Below the pieces are notes generated by a model. It saw nothing but the letters and a program-made list of their open reading frames with translations. It made no database searches and was not told the origin of the DNA. Below, piece after piece: positions 37,123 through 46,696 of a stretch of 64,000 bases of DNA. The translations under genes were made by a program, and so were the position numbers. The stretch's first letter is position 1, and each line of letters opens with the position of its first letter. The stretch lies in the IMG/VR virus record IMGVR_UViG_3300019360_000007, positions 19,088 through 83,087 of that record; one strand, 5' to 3'. This DNA comes from a virus.

Positions 37123-38649
37123 TCAGGTGGAAATATTTTCCCATACCGGCGTGCGGCCGCGCTGCTCTCTCTCGTCCGGGATGTTGTCCTTCTCGGTCTG
37201 CATCGGCGTCTGCTGGTAGTTCGCTCCCACGGGATACGGCCCGAGCGGTGGGTACTCGGTCTGCCAGCCTCCGCCCTGCATGATGGCCGGGCGCCCCCTG
37301 CACTCGGGCCAGCACAGCTCCGTCGTGTCGAACAGGGGGATCTTGTAGCGGATGTCGTTCTCCTCCAGGTAGGCGATCTGGAAGTGCTGCTGCATGATGT
37401 TCCCGCGCGCGGACGGCTTGCGCACGGGGCCGATGCTGTAGCGCTCGTTCGTCTGCTTGACGATGAAGTCGCGCTGCGTGAGCAGGGGCGACGGCCCTGT
37501 CCACACGTCCTGAACGTGTTCGAGCCGCCTTCCCGTCGGGGTCTGCCGCACGGCCCGGTCGTTGTCGTCGGGCGAGAGGATCATGTCGTACGGTCCCTCG
37601 TACCCGCCGACGAAGGACGTCCCGAAGCATACCTCGCATCTGGAGTCGGGCTGCTGGTTGAACTCTATCGTGCGCGGGTCCCTGCCGCAGAAGCACTGCT
37701 CGCCGCTCTGCTTGCGGATGAACACCTTGACGCGCTCGCCGCCCTGCTCGAGGATCCAGTTGTTGCGCCGGATGGCCTCGCGCCAGATGTAGTCCATCCG
37801 CTCGACCGCCCTGTAGGTGACCGGCTCGGCGAAGTCTAGCGGCGTTTCCCTGAACCCCGTGGGCGACGATCCGTCCCTCGACACCGTCGTGACCCTGTAC
37901 CATGCCTTGTGGTCGAGCTCGGTCTTCACGGCGTTGCGGTTGTAGTAGTAGGTGATCGAGACGGCCGTCTGCGGACCCTGCGGGATCGTGGGCTCGATCC
38001 AGCGCTCGGTCGCGAAGTCGTAGCCTCTCGTGTTGATGAGCGTGACCTCGCCCGTGGGGCCGAACACCGCGTGGACGGGGACGATCTTGTTGTCGATGAT
38101 CAGCTGGACGTCCATGGGAACGTCCGCCGCGATGGCCTGGCCCGACTTCTTCACGATGGGCCAGCTCTTCGTGCGGAAGACCCACGGCCTCTCGTTCGCC
38201 GACTCACCCCGGTTGATCCACGCGGTGTCCCAGTCGACGACCTCGTTCTGGACCAGTACGTTGTCGGTGTAGTCCCGGTAGAAGGTGCCTCCAACCGGCG
38301 TGGCGTTGAGGCGATGGTACGGACCTCGCTCGCTCGTGTCGCTGCGGTAGACGTTGACGCCGACGACGGCGAACTTGCTGTTCTTCGCCAGGATGGAAGG
38401 CTCGTCCCATCGCAGATCGAGGGTCCCCGTGAACAGGGGGCTCACGACCTCGACGTTGGTGGGCGCAACGGGACACTCGTTCGGGCCGACCTCCCACCCG
38501 ATGCAGCTGGGGCCGAAGGGGCCGGGACTGGGGCCGGGATCAGGGCACGGCGGCGTCGGACCGGGCGGCGTGGGCGTGGGGCACGAGACCGGCTCGAGCG
38601 GGTTCGGCTTCTGGATCCACGGTTCCTGGCCCTGGTTGACGCACGTCAT
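37123..38649 (-). CDS. Putative head-closure/neck protein with FN3-like N-domain
   Basis: APTNVEV..LRW..NVYRS (FN3-like); GGERVKVFIRK..CFC..CEVCFGTSFVGGY. Confidence 0.65.
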   Translation of the reverse strand: MTCVNQGQEPWIQKPNPLEPVSCPTPTPPGPTPPCPDPGPSPGPFGPSCIGWEVGPNECPVAPTNVEVVSPLFTGTLDLRWDEPSILAKNSKFAVVGVNVYRSDTSERGPYHRLNATPVGGTFYRDYTDNVLVQNEVVDWDTAWINRGESANERPWVFRTKSWPIVKKSGQAIAADVPMDVQLIIDNKIVPVHAVFGPTGEVTLINTRGYDFATERWIEPTIPQGPQTAVSITYYYNRNAVKTELDHKAWYRVTTVSRDGSSPTGFRETPLDFAEPVTYRAVERMDYIWREAIRRNNWILEQGGERVKVFIRKQSGEQCFCGRDPRTIEFNQQPDSRCEVCFGTSFVGGYEGPYDMILSPDDNDRAVRQTPTGRRLEHVQDVWTGPSPLLTQRDFIVKQTNERYSIGPVRKPSARGNIMQQHFQIAYLEENDIRYKIPLFDTTELCWPECRGRPAIMQGGGWQTEYPPLGPYPVGANYQQTPMQTEKDNIPDEREQRGRTPVWENIST

Positions 38650-38655
38650 GACGGC

Positions 38656-38997
38656 CTAGCTGGGAGGGGAGGCTCCTCCCGTCGTCTCATTCTGGCGCGT
38701 CTGAGGCGGCGAGACCAGCCGGATCGTCCCGTCGGCGAGAGCGACCCACTGCTGGCCGTCCTGGACGCCCAGGCGGCGGCTGATGCCGTTGATGATCTCC
38801 TGCAGCTTCCTCTCGATCTCGTCGAGTTGTCCGAGGACCCTCACCTTGCGCACCTCGTGCTCGCCCACCTGCTGGAGCAGCCGCGCGGACTCCTGGCGGA
38901 GACTCGTGATGGCCCCCTGCTCCTCGGGGGACATGCGACCGATGTTCCCCGGGATCTCGGGCTGCGGCGACGGTGTGTTCGGGCTGTCGGTTTCCAT
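38656..38997 (-). CDS. Small coiled-coil hypothetical protein
   Basis: Compact ORF in the operon. Confidence 0.7.
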   Translation of the reverse strand: METDSPNTPSPQPEIPGNIGRMSPEEQGAITSLRQESARLLQQVGEHEVRKVRVLGQLDEIERKLQEIINGISRRLGVQDGQQWVALADGTIRLVSPPQTRQNETTGGASPPS

Positions 38998-39006
38998 CTT
39001 CCGACT

Positions 39007-39240
39007 CTACCCGCCGTTGAGAGCCTTCTCCTGCTCCTCGTCGAGGAGATAGCGCCGGACGGCGCGAAGCTCGGCGACGTAGTTGTCGAAGTGCGTCCCT
39101 ACCCGGTCACCCAGGGTCATCGTGTGCGAGTGCGTCACGACGGAGGGGAGCTTCTCGAAAGACCAGAACGTGACGCCGTCCTGGTTCGTGTACTCGTACA
39201 CCCGGTTCCCGCGCCCGATGGTGGCGTCCTTCTCGGTCAC
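39007..39240 (-). CDS. Hypothetical protein (77 aa)
   Basis: GTG 39240 after GGAGG, overlapping the upstream TGA. Confidence 0.65.
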   Translation of the reverse strand: MTEKDATIGRGNRVYEYTNQDGVTFWSFEKLPSVVTHSHTMTLGDRVGTHFDNYVAELRAVRRYLLDEEQEKALNGG

Positions 39241-39764
39241 GGACCCTCCGGCCTCGGCGCCTCGGCGCCCTTGTCCTGGCGCTGCTCGAGGATGCGGATG
39301 ATCTCGTCCAGGTCGTCCTCGCTCTTGCGCGCCTGGACGATCTGCTGCTCGATGAGGGCCGTGCTCGCGTCCGAAGAGTCGCGAACGTCGCCGGGGTTCT
39401 TGACCTTCGCGAGCACCTCGTCGTCCTTCTTTTCCAGGGCCTTCTTCATGGTCTTCTTCGGCGTGCACCTGCCGTCGAACCACAGGTGGCCCTCGGGACA
39501 CGCGGCGTCAAGCACGGCGTCGACGACGTCCGCGGGGTTCGCGCGGGGCTGTGGGTCCTCTGCGATTTCCGGCGTCGAGGTCGATGCCTCGACGTCGACC
39601 TCCTCCGTCCCCTCGTCCGCGACACTGTCCGCTTTCTCTTCCACGCGTGTTGTGGGGGACATGATGTCCGACTCGGGACGCGGATCGGCACGCGTCTCGC
39701 ACGCGAGACACAGGAGGGCCGCCACGCTACTGGCGCGGAGCGTTGAGGAGCTTCTTGACCTCAT
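39237..39764 (-). CDS. Putative lipoprotein (o-spanin candidate)
   Basis: Basic n-region followed by VAALLCLA-C lipobox-like sequence. Confidence 0.5.
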   Translation of the reverse strand: MRSRSSSTLRASSVAALLCLACETRADPRPESDIMSPTTRVEEKADSVADEGTEEVDVEASTSTPEIAEDPQPRANPADVVDAVLDAACPEGHLWFDGRCTPKKTMKKALEKKDDEVLAKVKNPGDVRDSSDASTALIEQQIVQARKSEDDLDEIIRILEQRQDKGAEAPRPEGP

Positions 39765-40026
39765 CGATCTTCTCGTCCAGGCTGTCGAGCTTGCCCTCGA
39801 GCCTGACCATGGCGAGGGCGTTCTTCTGAACCGCGTCGGTCACGTAGGAGAGCTTGTCGAGATCCTCCTGGAGCTCGCTGATCCTCTCGTCCTGGATGGC
39901 GTTCTTCACCTCGAGCTTGACGCCCCAGACGATGAGAGGGACCACGAGGACCGACAGCACCTTGAGGGCGATGTCGAGCAGCTTGCCGCCCCCGTCCTTG
40001 CCTGACTGACTCGATCCAGTTCCCAC
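39727..40026 (-). CDS. Single-TM coiled-coil membrane protein (holin/i-spanin candidate)
   Basis: GTG 40026 after GGAGGA; IALKVLSVLVVPLIVWGV followed by heptad repeats. Confidence 0.65.
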   Translation of the reverse strand: MGTGSSQSGKDGGGKLLDIALKVLSVLVVPLIVWGVKLEVKNAIQDERISELQEDLDKLSYVTDAVQKNALAMVRLEGKLDSLDEKIDEVKKLLNAPRQ

Positions 40027-40027
40027 G

Positions 40028-40393
40028 TCATCCTCCCCCGACCCTGCGGAGACAGCTCGCCAGGAACCGTCTCGTGACCCTGGCGACCTTGTCGAGGGAG
40101 ACGCGACCGGCCTCGACACGGATCCACCCGTCCTTGCTGAGCGTGTCCACGGCCTGCCGGAAGAAGTTCTCGCCCTCTCCGTGGAACGGGTAACGCTGCG
40201 AGATGTTCTCTGCCATGGTCTCGAGATCCATGAGTTCCTCCGCGGGGAGGGACTCCAGGTAACGCAGGATAATACTCTGAGCCTGCTGCAGCGTGTTCCC
40301 GGCGAAGTCGTTGCGGAGGTCCGTGTCGTCCGTCATGCGCGGCGCGAGGTCCCCCTGGAGCAGAGGCGTCGTCTGGTTCTCACGCTTGGGCAT
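40028..40393 (-). CDS. Hypothetical wHTH-like protein with C-terminal RVTRRFL motif
   Basis: ORF downstream of a promoter motif. Confidence 0.65.
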   Translation of the reverse strand: MPKRENQTTPLLQGDLAPRMTDDTDLRNDFAGNTLQQAQSIILRYLESLPAEELMDLETMAENISQRYPFHGEGENFFRQAVDTLSKDGWIRVEAGRVSLDKVARVTRRFLASCLRRVGGG

Positions 40394-40446
40394 CGCGATC
40401 CTCGGATTCTTTCACGTCACGGAGCTGCGGCCACCCTAGGTGGCCG

Positions 40447-40463
40447 ATAGGGAGTCCACCGAG
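40447..40463 (-). promoter_or_regulatory. Putative late promoter (CTCGGT-N7-CTAT)
   Basis: Motif match in an intergenic region. Confidence 0.55.
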
Positions 40464-40474
40464 GGCCGCACCGG

Positions 40475-41368
40475 TCAGATGAGGGCGTCGAAGACCGAAG
40501 CCACGGCGTCTGCGATCTCCTGCCAGTGGTCCTGTCGTGCTTGGTAGGACTGATCGATCTGCACCCCTCCAGTCCCGCCAGATGTGATCCAGTTGGTCAG
40601 GTTGTCGGGGTTGTCACCGCCGAACTCGTCCTCGGCGGTGGCCACGCGGACAGGGATCGACGGGACGACGACGGCCGCAATGGCATCGCGAACCCGCTCC
40701 TTGAGCGACTGCGACGCACCGCCGCCGATCAGGATCTCGCTGTCGGTGAACCCGTGGAAGGCCACCGCATACTGGAAGCCTCGACTGCCGATGGAGTCAA
40801 GGAGCGGGAACGAGCGCCGAGAGATCTCGGTGCTCGTGATGTGCCAGCGGTCGAAGGCGCCCCCTCCCGATCTCCAGCCCTTGCAGCGCCACGACGACAC
40901 CCCCTTGGCTGCGAGCTGCGACGCCACCCTCTCGGCCTGATCGTCGGTCCAGTTCTCGAGGGCACCGCCGTGTGGAGCGAGCGCCACGAGGCCCGTGTGG
41001 ATCCCGTCGTCGTCGAGGCGCTCGAGGAGGATATTGGCGTTGTCGTCGAAGAGCGCCGTCGTGGTCTCTGCGGCCTTCTCCCCGCCGTGGACGGCCACGG
41101 CGGCGTCGACCTCCGCCTCGTCGGCCGGCGGGATCGATGCCTCGACGAAGTTGATCGTCAGGTTGTCGTCTCCCGTCTCGACCGAGGTGAGCGTCACGCT
41201 CAGGCCGAGTGCCACGATGTCGTCGTGGAGCTTGCGTCCCTCGACCTTTCCGTTGGCGGTGTCGTTGGCGATGCTGTACAGGAGGATTGCCATCAGAAGA
41301 TCTCCATCACGATGAGGCGCCTTTCCGTTGGCGGTGTCGTTGGCGATGCTGTACAGGAGGATTGCCAT
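40475..41368 (-). CDS. Poly-gamma-glutamate hydrolase (PghP/DUF867-like) fused to a virion-type N-domain
   Basis: APHGGALE, HITST, AFHG, GGVQIDQS; start at 41368, or at 41293 because of the duplication. Confidence 0.85.
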   Translation of the reverse strand: MAILLYSIANDTANGKAPHRDGDLLMAILLYSIANDTANGKVEGRKLHDDIVALGLSVTLTSVETGDDNLTINFVEASIPPADEAEVDAAVAVHGGEKAAETTTALFDDNANILLERLDDDGIHTGLVALAPHGGALENWTDDQAERVASQLAAKGVSSWRCKGWRSGGGAFDRWHITSTEISRRSFPLLDSIGSRGFQYAVAFHGFTDSEILIGGGASQSLKERVRDAIAAVVVPSIPVRVATAEDEFGGDNPDNLTNWITSGGTGGVQIDQSYQARQDHWQEIADAVASVFDALI

Positions 41369-41396
41369 CAGAAGATCTCCATCACGATGAGGCGCC
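41245..41396. repeat. Exact 75-bp tandem duplication across a gene junction
   Basis: 41245-41319 equals 41320-41394, with CC microhomology. Confidence 0.95.
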
Positions 41397-42054
41397 GTTC
41401 CGTGAGCCTCGCCCGGGCCGTTCCTCCCAGGACGCGCCACCTGATCTCGTAGGTGTGCGACGCCTGCGTGGGAGCGATGTCGAGGAACTGGACAACCCCA
41501 GGACCGTCGGCGTTGCCGAGGAGGCCTAGAATACCGGAGACACTGAACTCCAGGGCCCGGACCGTGTCTGCGATCTGCGCGCCGTCATTGTAGAGGGTGA
41601 TGAGGAACTCGTCTCCGTCCTGGACGTTGAACGTCCCGTGAAATAGAATCAGGACATCTCCTCCGTTGGGAGTCACCGTGCGCGTCATCTCGGGGATCAC
41701 CACGAAGCTGGCGCTGGTGGTCGTCGGAGAGCTGGTTGTCCCGACCACTTGGCTCCTCACCGGAGCGCTCCCGACCATGAACACGCGTGCCCAGCCCGTG
41801 GTCGTCCCGTTCGTGTTGACCCAGAGCTGGCCGGTACCGGCCAGCGTCCTCTGGTAGACGTCGCCCTCGTTGCCCGCGAGGAGCGCGACGTTGGGGTCGG
41901 CGGTCCCGCGCTTGATGTTGTCCGCCGTGAGGATGCCGCCGCTCTGCAAGGTCAGATCGACGGACAAGACGATGCTGTCCGCTGCCACGTCCACGGTGCG
42001 GGGGAGCCCCGTCGTGTCGTCGTCGAGCAGGAGATTGTCGATTTGGCTGGCCAT
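41368..42054 (-). CDS. Virion fibre/receptor-binding-like protein
   Basis: N-terminus NLLLxDxTTGLPR shared with the 537-aa protein; C-terminal beta-sandwich (HTYEIRWRV..RRLIVMEIF). Confidence 0.65.
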   Translation of the reverse strand: MASQIDNLLLDDDTTGLPRTVDVAADSIVLSVDLTLQSGGILTADNIKRGTADPNVALLAGNEGDVYQRTLAGTGQLWVNTNGTTTGWARVFMVGSAPVRSQVVGTTSSPTTTSASFVVIPEMTRTVTPNGGDVLILFHGTFNVQDGDEFLITLYNDGAQIADTVRALEFSVSGILGLLGNADGPGVVQFLDIAPTQASHTYEIRWRVLGGTARARLTERRLIVMEIF

Positions 42055-42057
42055 CGG

Positions 42058-42276
42058 CTAGGTCTTCGTGACAGGCACGACCTCCACCGAGTCGACGGTC
42101 ACCTCCCACCCGGTCGAGACCGGGTCGCCCCCGAGCTCGCGCCCGAGGAGGCTCTGGAGGCGATTGCGAGCGTGACGCCGGAGCATTCCCACGATGCTCT
42201 CCTTGTCCTTCCCGGACAGAGCTTCCTCAGGCTTCGTCGGAATCGCGTCGAACGTCAGCGTGTACTTGACCTTCAT
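42058..42276 (-). CDS. Hypothetical protein
   Basis: 72-aa ORF in the operon. Confidence 0.65.
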   Translation of the reverse strand: MKVKYTLTFDAIPTKPEEALSGKDKESIVGMLRRHARNRLQSLLGRELGGDPVSTGWEVTVDSVEVVPVTKT

Positions 42277-42283
42277 GCTGCAC

Positions 42284-43897
42284 CTACGGCCGCTGTGCGA
42301 TGAACTCCGGTTGGTAGAGGACGTCAGGAGTGGTCGTCACGCCGTTGGCGCCCTGGAGGATCCCGAGCTTGTAGACGATGCTGCCGGGAAGGATCGGGGG
42401 AGTCAGCGTTCCCTGCCCCGCCGTCCCGCTCAGGAACACCAACGATCCGTTGCTAGCGCCGGCAGGTGCCGCGGCGAACAGGATCGGGATCAGCGACCCG
42501 GCCACGGTGTAGATCTTGGCGGGGCTCGCGGCGGCGGCTCCGGCCGAGGCGACGCCGGCGACGATCCCGTCGAGGAGAGTGCCCGTGTTGGCGTCGGCCA
42601 GGATGGCGTTCCCGCTGCTGTTGATGCGTACGACGTTGCCGGTGACGAGCACGGCTCCCGCGGTCAGCGTGACCCCTGCACCCGCTCCGACGATATCGAG
42701 GAACTGGTTGACCTCCACGGCGAGGCTGCCGGTGGTCGAGTCGAACGTGACGAAGTTGCTCGTCCCGTTGTCGATGACCATCGCCGTGGCGTTGTTCGTC
42801 TCGAAGGTCATCTGGATGTCGTCTGCCGAGGTGATGTCCACCGTGCCGCTCGTGAGCGTGGATAGCGTAAGAGACCCGCTCGTCGCGCTCACGTTCGACG
42901 CGCCCGTGCCGTCAATGGAGAATGCTCCCGTTGACAGGAAGTCCATCGTTCCCGTGACGTCCACGTCTAGGTTGGCCCCGGCGTTCACGTCCATCAGGCC
43001 GGCCGACGTGATCTCCACCGTTCCCGATCCGGTGGTGGACAGAGTCAAGTTCCCGGTGTCGACCGTGAAGTTGGAGTCCGTGTCCGCATCGAGCGAGATG
43101 CTGGCCGTCGTATCGACGAGCACGTCGCTCAGCGTGACGACGAAGTCCTCGGTGCCGGTAAAGATGATGTTTCCCTCGGCGGCGGAGGTCGTGATCGTAT
43201 TGCCCTGCTCGTACGCCTCCTGGAGATCGACCACCCCCTGCGCCGATAGCGTGTTGAACACGATGCCCGAGGTGCTGCTGTCGAACGCGATCTCGAAGGT
43301 GCCCGACGATGTGCCGCGGAGAACGGCAACGTTGACGATCCTGATGTCACCTCCGGCAGTCGCGTCGGTCACGAACTGGTTGGAGACGAAGTCGACGGTA
43401 GCGCCCACGGTACCAACGCCGCGGATCGTGAGCGTCGTGCCCACGTGCGACTGGACCTCAAACAGCCCGTCGTTCGCCTGGTTGTTGGCCCCCGAGATCT
43501 GGATAAGGTCCCCCGCCGCGAAGGTGGCGGATCCGGTCGTGACGACCGTCGGGTTGCTCGTTGCCGCGACGCCTGCCGTGAAGCCTCCGGCCGCGACCGT
43601 GTCGGACGTCGCGGTGGGCAGCACGTTGATGACGATGCCTCCCGTCTGCCCGACCGTCGTCGTGTAGTCGGCATTGAGGTAGAGGTGGTTGTCGGAGATG
43701 TTGACCTGCTCGGAGTGGACCGTGGTCGTCGTGCCGTTGACGACCAAGTCTCCGTCGACGAGCACGTTGGCGCCGGAGATAAGCTGGAAATCCACGGAGA
43801 GCTGGATCGTGTCCGGCGTGCCACCTGTCTCCGGCGACCTGGGGAGCCCGGTGGTCAGATCGAGGAGGAGGAGATTGTCCGTCTGGTTTCCTGCCAT
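42284..43897 (-). CDS. Virion fibre protein with C-terminal capsid-cement-like domain
   Basis: Thr/Gly/Ser beta repeats; GDLVVNGTTTTV; C-domain paralogous to 43910..44878. Confidence 0.7.
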   Translation of the reverse strand: MAGNQTDNLLLLDLTTGLPRSPETGGTPDTIQLSVDFQLISGANVLVDGDLVVNGTTTTVHSEQVNISDNHLYLNADYTTTVGQTGGIVINVLPTATSDTVAAGGFTAGVAATSNPTVVTTGSATFAAGDLIQISGANNQANDGLFEVQSHVGTTLTIRGVGTVGATVDFVSNQFVTDATAGGDIRIVNVAVLRGTSSGTFEIAFDSSTSGIVFNTLSAQGVVDLQEAYEQGNTITTSAAEGNIIFTGTEDFVVTLSDVLVDTTASISLDADTDSNFTVDTGNLTLSTTGSGTVEITSAGLMDVNAGANLDVDVTGTMDFLSTGAFSIDGTGASNVSATSGSLTLSTLTSGTVDITSADDIQMTFETNNATAMVIDNGTSNFVTFDSTTGSLAVEVNQFLDIVGAGAGVTLTAGAVLVTGNVVRINSSGNAILADANTGTLLDGIVAGVASAGAAAASPAKIYTVAGSLIPILFAAAPAGASNGSLVFLSGTAGQGTLTPPILPGSIVYKLGILQGANGVTTTPDVLYQPEFIAQRP

Positions 43898-43909
43898 TGG
43901 TTTTGCTCC

Positions 43910-44878
43910 CTACGTCCTGAGAGCCATGACCTGAGGACGAAAGACGACGGTCGGCGTGAACGAGACCCCGTCCGCGCCCCGCAGGACGCCGACCGCGAAG
44001 ACGGCATTGCCGGTCGCCGTCGGGGGCGTCAAGGTCGCCAACCCCGACGTGGAGTCCAGGAAGACAGTGCTTCCGTTCTGCGCCATGGCTGGCGCGGCGC
44101 CGAAGCGCGTCGCGGGGCTCGATCCAGATTTCGTGTAGACCTGCACGCTCGCACCGAGGATGACTGTCTCGCGAGAGACGCCGACGACCTCCCAGATCCC
44201 GCCCGCGATAGAAGAACTCGCGCGGACCACCTCTCCGGCGGTGTTGAGGGTGACGAGATGCCCGACAGACAGCGCCTCGCCAGCGATGAAGACCTCGATG
44301 GATCCGAGGTCCTGCGTGAGTATCTCGTCGAGGGCGTCCTGGACGTTCGTGGACGTGAGGACGGTGCTGGAGCTGTCGTAGCCGATGTCGACCACGCGTC
44401 GGCTCGCTATCAGGTTCCAGTTCGTGGTGGCGGCGTCCGAGATGATCCTGATCGCGTCACCTTGCAGGGTGAGCGACTGCGACACGGCACCGTCGACCGT
44501 GTCCGCGCCAGAGCGCATCACCGTCACGGCGTTCGTCGAGCTGTCGGTCTTCATCACGACGAGCTCGTCTCCGAACCTCGCCGTCGTGAGAGGAACGTCC
44601 ACTTGGATGGGTCCTCCCGAAGCGTCGACCAGGACGACCGACTCGGTCCCCATCGTGTGGTTCATCGATGCCACGACCACGGGACCGGTCGTGTCGGGCA
44701 CATACCCGAGCCGCGCCATGCACTCGTCGAGGTCCGGCTGGCGCGAGTTGTCGACGAGAGTCACCTCGGTCCAGGGAGGTCGAGCGAGCAAGTCCGCGGT
44801 CGCCCCAGAGCCCGCCTCGATGAACTTGTCGAGGTGCGACGCCGATACGCCCGCGAGCCTGTAGCGGAACGTGCTCAT
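43910..44878 (-). CDS. Virion structural protein with capsid-cement-like C-domain
   Basis: KTDSSTNAVTV..DTVDG module, TNVQDALDE, AGEALSVG..VFL..G..TLTPP. Confidence 0.7.
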   Translation of the reverse strand: MSTFRYRLAGVSASHLDKFIEAGSGATADLLARPPWTEVTLVDNSRQPDLDECMARLGYVPDTTGPVVVASMNHTMGTESVVLVDASGGPIQVDVPLTTARFGDELVVMKTDSSTNAVTVMRSGADTVDGAVSQSLTLQGDAIRIISDAATTNWNLIASRRVVDIGYDSSSTVLTSTNVQDALDEILTQDLGSIEVFIAGEALSVGHLVTLNTAGEVVRASSSIAGGIWEVVGVSRETVILGASVQVYTKSGSSPATRFGAAPAMAQNGSTVFLDSTSGLATLTPPTATGNAVFAVGVLRGADGVSFTPTVVFRPQVMALRT

Positions 44879-46638
44879 GCCGCGAACTCCATGCTGGCCG
44901 CGACGTCGACCCCTCCGGCCCCGATGCTGAGAGCCTTGGTCACCTCGATGTCGATGAGATCCCCCGCGGCCACGACCACGCTGTCGACGAGATCGGATCC
45001 GTCCGCGGCAGTCGAGGCGAGGCTGACGGCCAGCAGCGTGGCCACCCCGTTGACGCGCAGCGTGTAGACGATGGCGTTACCGTTCCCCACCAGACTGTTG
45101 TGCCTAACCCGCATGTTCCTGAGGGTGCCAGCGCGCGGCACTCTCCACTGGAGAGGAGCGAGAGGCGCCGTGCTGTCCTCCCACCACGGACTCAGGTAGC
45201 GCGTGGCCGTGCTCGCGGCGACCGACGCGTTGCCCCACGCGAGGACGGCCGTGGCCGCTCCGAGCGCGATGTCGATGCCGTTGAGATGGGAGGTCAGTTC
45301 CTCAAGACTCGTCGTCGGCGGAGTCAGGGTCCGCGTGTAGTTGACGGGGACGAAGTCGATGTCGAGGAGGTCACCGTCGATCTCGTCGGTCGCGGCGTGC
45401 ACGTGCGTCGAGGCGTGCAGTGCCGGCGTCGGGTTCCCGAAGCTGAGGACCCCCGCCCCGTTCGTGATGATCGCCTGGTTGGCCGCTCCGTCGGCCGAGG
45501 GCCAAGTCAGGCCGTCGATGATGACGTTGTCGCCGCCTCCACCACCAGGACTGAGGACGAGGTCGGTCACGCCCGCGATCACGTCGCCGGTCGACACCAG
45601 GATGTCGGTGCCACCGGTCGTGTTGCCGTTGGACAGGATCTGCGCCAGGGTCGAGATGACCGAGAGGGTCGCGTTGCCGCCTGCGCCGCCATCCGCTAGG
45701 CTGAGGCCCGTCCCGGCTGTCAGGACACGCTCGTCCGTCAACGTCGGGTTGAGCGACATCACGACGTACTCGGCGTTGGTCGGTGCTCCGCCCCCTCCCG
45801 GGATCGTCACGTCGACCGACCCCGGCCCCGTGCTCGACGCCGTGACTCCCGCGCCCACGAAGTTGAGGAGCGTGGCGGCCGGCTCGATGAGGATTCCCTC
45901 GTCCTCGATGGAGATGGCTCCGCCACCACCGCCGGAGAACGGGAGGAGCTGGCCAGCGACGTACCCGAAGATATTGGTCCCGAACCCGCTGAGATCGCCG
46001 TCGCTCTCAAACTGGACGGTGACACGTCCCTCCGTCAGGCAGAGGAGAACGCCGGCCGGGTGGATGGCGGCGGCGATGTCCGGGCCAGAGGAAGGGACGA
46101 CGACGAGGTAGGAACCAGGGTCCGCTCCTCCAAGCCCCGTCCCCATCGCCACGCTCAAGATCTCGTACTCGCCGTTGAGGTCCCGGAAGGCACCGACGAG
46201 TCCGGTGACCTCGATGGGCTCGCCGACGAGGTACCCGGCCGAGTCCACGTTCGTCGGCGGGTTGACGTTCGGGATGACCATCCTGAGGAGGCCGCCCACG
46301 CGCTCGATATTCAGGACGCCCGGACGAAGCGTCTGGCCCACGCCCGCTGGACCGCCGCAGTGCTCCTTGTCGCGGAGCTGGAGGATGATCTCGGTCCTGA
46401 TGAGGCCCAGCCGCGCGAGCTGGCAGATGGACCCCTCGTGCCAGCTGACGAACGTGCGCGTGGACATGGGGATGTCCACGGTGCTGTTCGGAGGGATCGG
46501 GACGTAGCGCGTCCGGTTCTTCTGGATCGTGATCTCGTCGAGGTCGTAGATCGTGACGGAGGCCGTGTTCGGGCGTCCGTCCGCGTACACCCCCGTGTGG
46601 GTACAGCGCACGATCAGGACGGAGACGATATTGCGCAT
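44875..46638 (-). CDS. Virion fibre-like structural protein
   Basis: ATG 46638 (MRNIVSV); fibre motifs IEDEG..LNFVGAGVTA, WPSADG, HASTH...DEI. Confidence 0.7.
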   Translation of the reverse strand: MRNIVSVLIVRCTHTGVYADGRPNTASVTIYDLDEITIQKNRTRYVPIPPNSTVDIPMSTRTFVSWHEGSICQLARLGLIRTEIILQLRDKEHCGGPAGVGQTLRPGVLNIERVGGLLRMVIPNVNPPTNVDSAGYLVGEPIEVTGLVGAFRDLNGEYEILSVAMGTGLGGADPGSYLVVVPSSGPDIAAAIHPAGVLLCLTEGRVTVQFESDGDLSGFGTNIFGYVAGQLLPFSGGGGGAISIEDEGILIEPAATLLNFVGAGVTASSTGPGSVDVTIPGGGGAPTNAEYVVMSLNPTLTDERVLTAGTGLSLADGGAGGNATLSVISTLAQILSNGNTTGGTDILVSTGDVIAGVTDLVLSPGGGGGDNVIIDGLTWPSADGAANQAIITNGAGVLSFGNPTPALHASTHVHAATDEIDGDLLDIDFVPVNYTRTLTPPTTSLEELTSHLNGIDIALGAATAVLAWGNASVAASTATRYLSPWWEDSTAPLAPLQWRVPRAGTLRNMRVRHNSLVGNGNAIVYTLRVNGVATLLAVSLASTAADGSDLVDSVVVAAGDLIDIEVTKALSIGAGGVDVAASMEFAA

Positions 46639-46679
46639 GGCGCGAGCCGCCGGCGTACGGCTCCTGTCGAGCCGCACCT

Positions 46680-46696
46680 ATCGAGCGATTATCGAG
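46680..46696 (-). promoter_or_regulatory. Putative late promoter (CTCGAT-N7-CGAT)
   Basis: Motif match upstream of 46638. Confidence 0.5.

Noticed and set aside
37097-38185. 686-aa endonuclease ORF overlapping the head-closure gene
   Set aside because: The extension is an off-frame shadow; the recognisable protein begins at about 37096.
1-38649. eCIS/tailocin/T6SS interpretation
   Set aside because: Neck and head-related genes, multiple homing endonucleases, an intein and the absence of host genes fit a large phage better.
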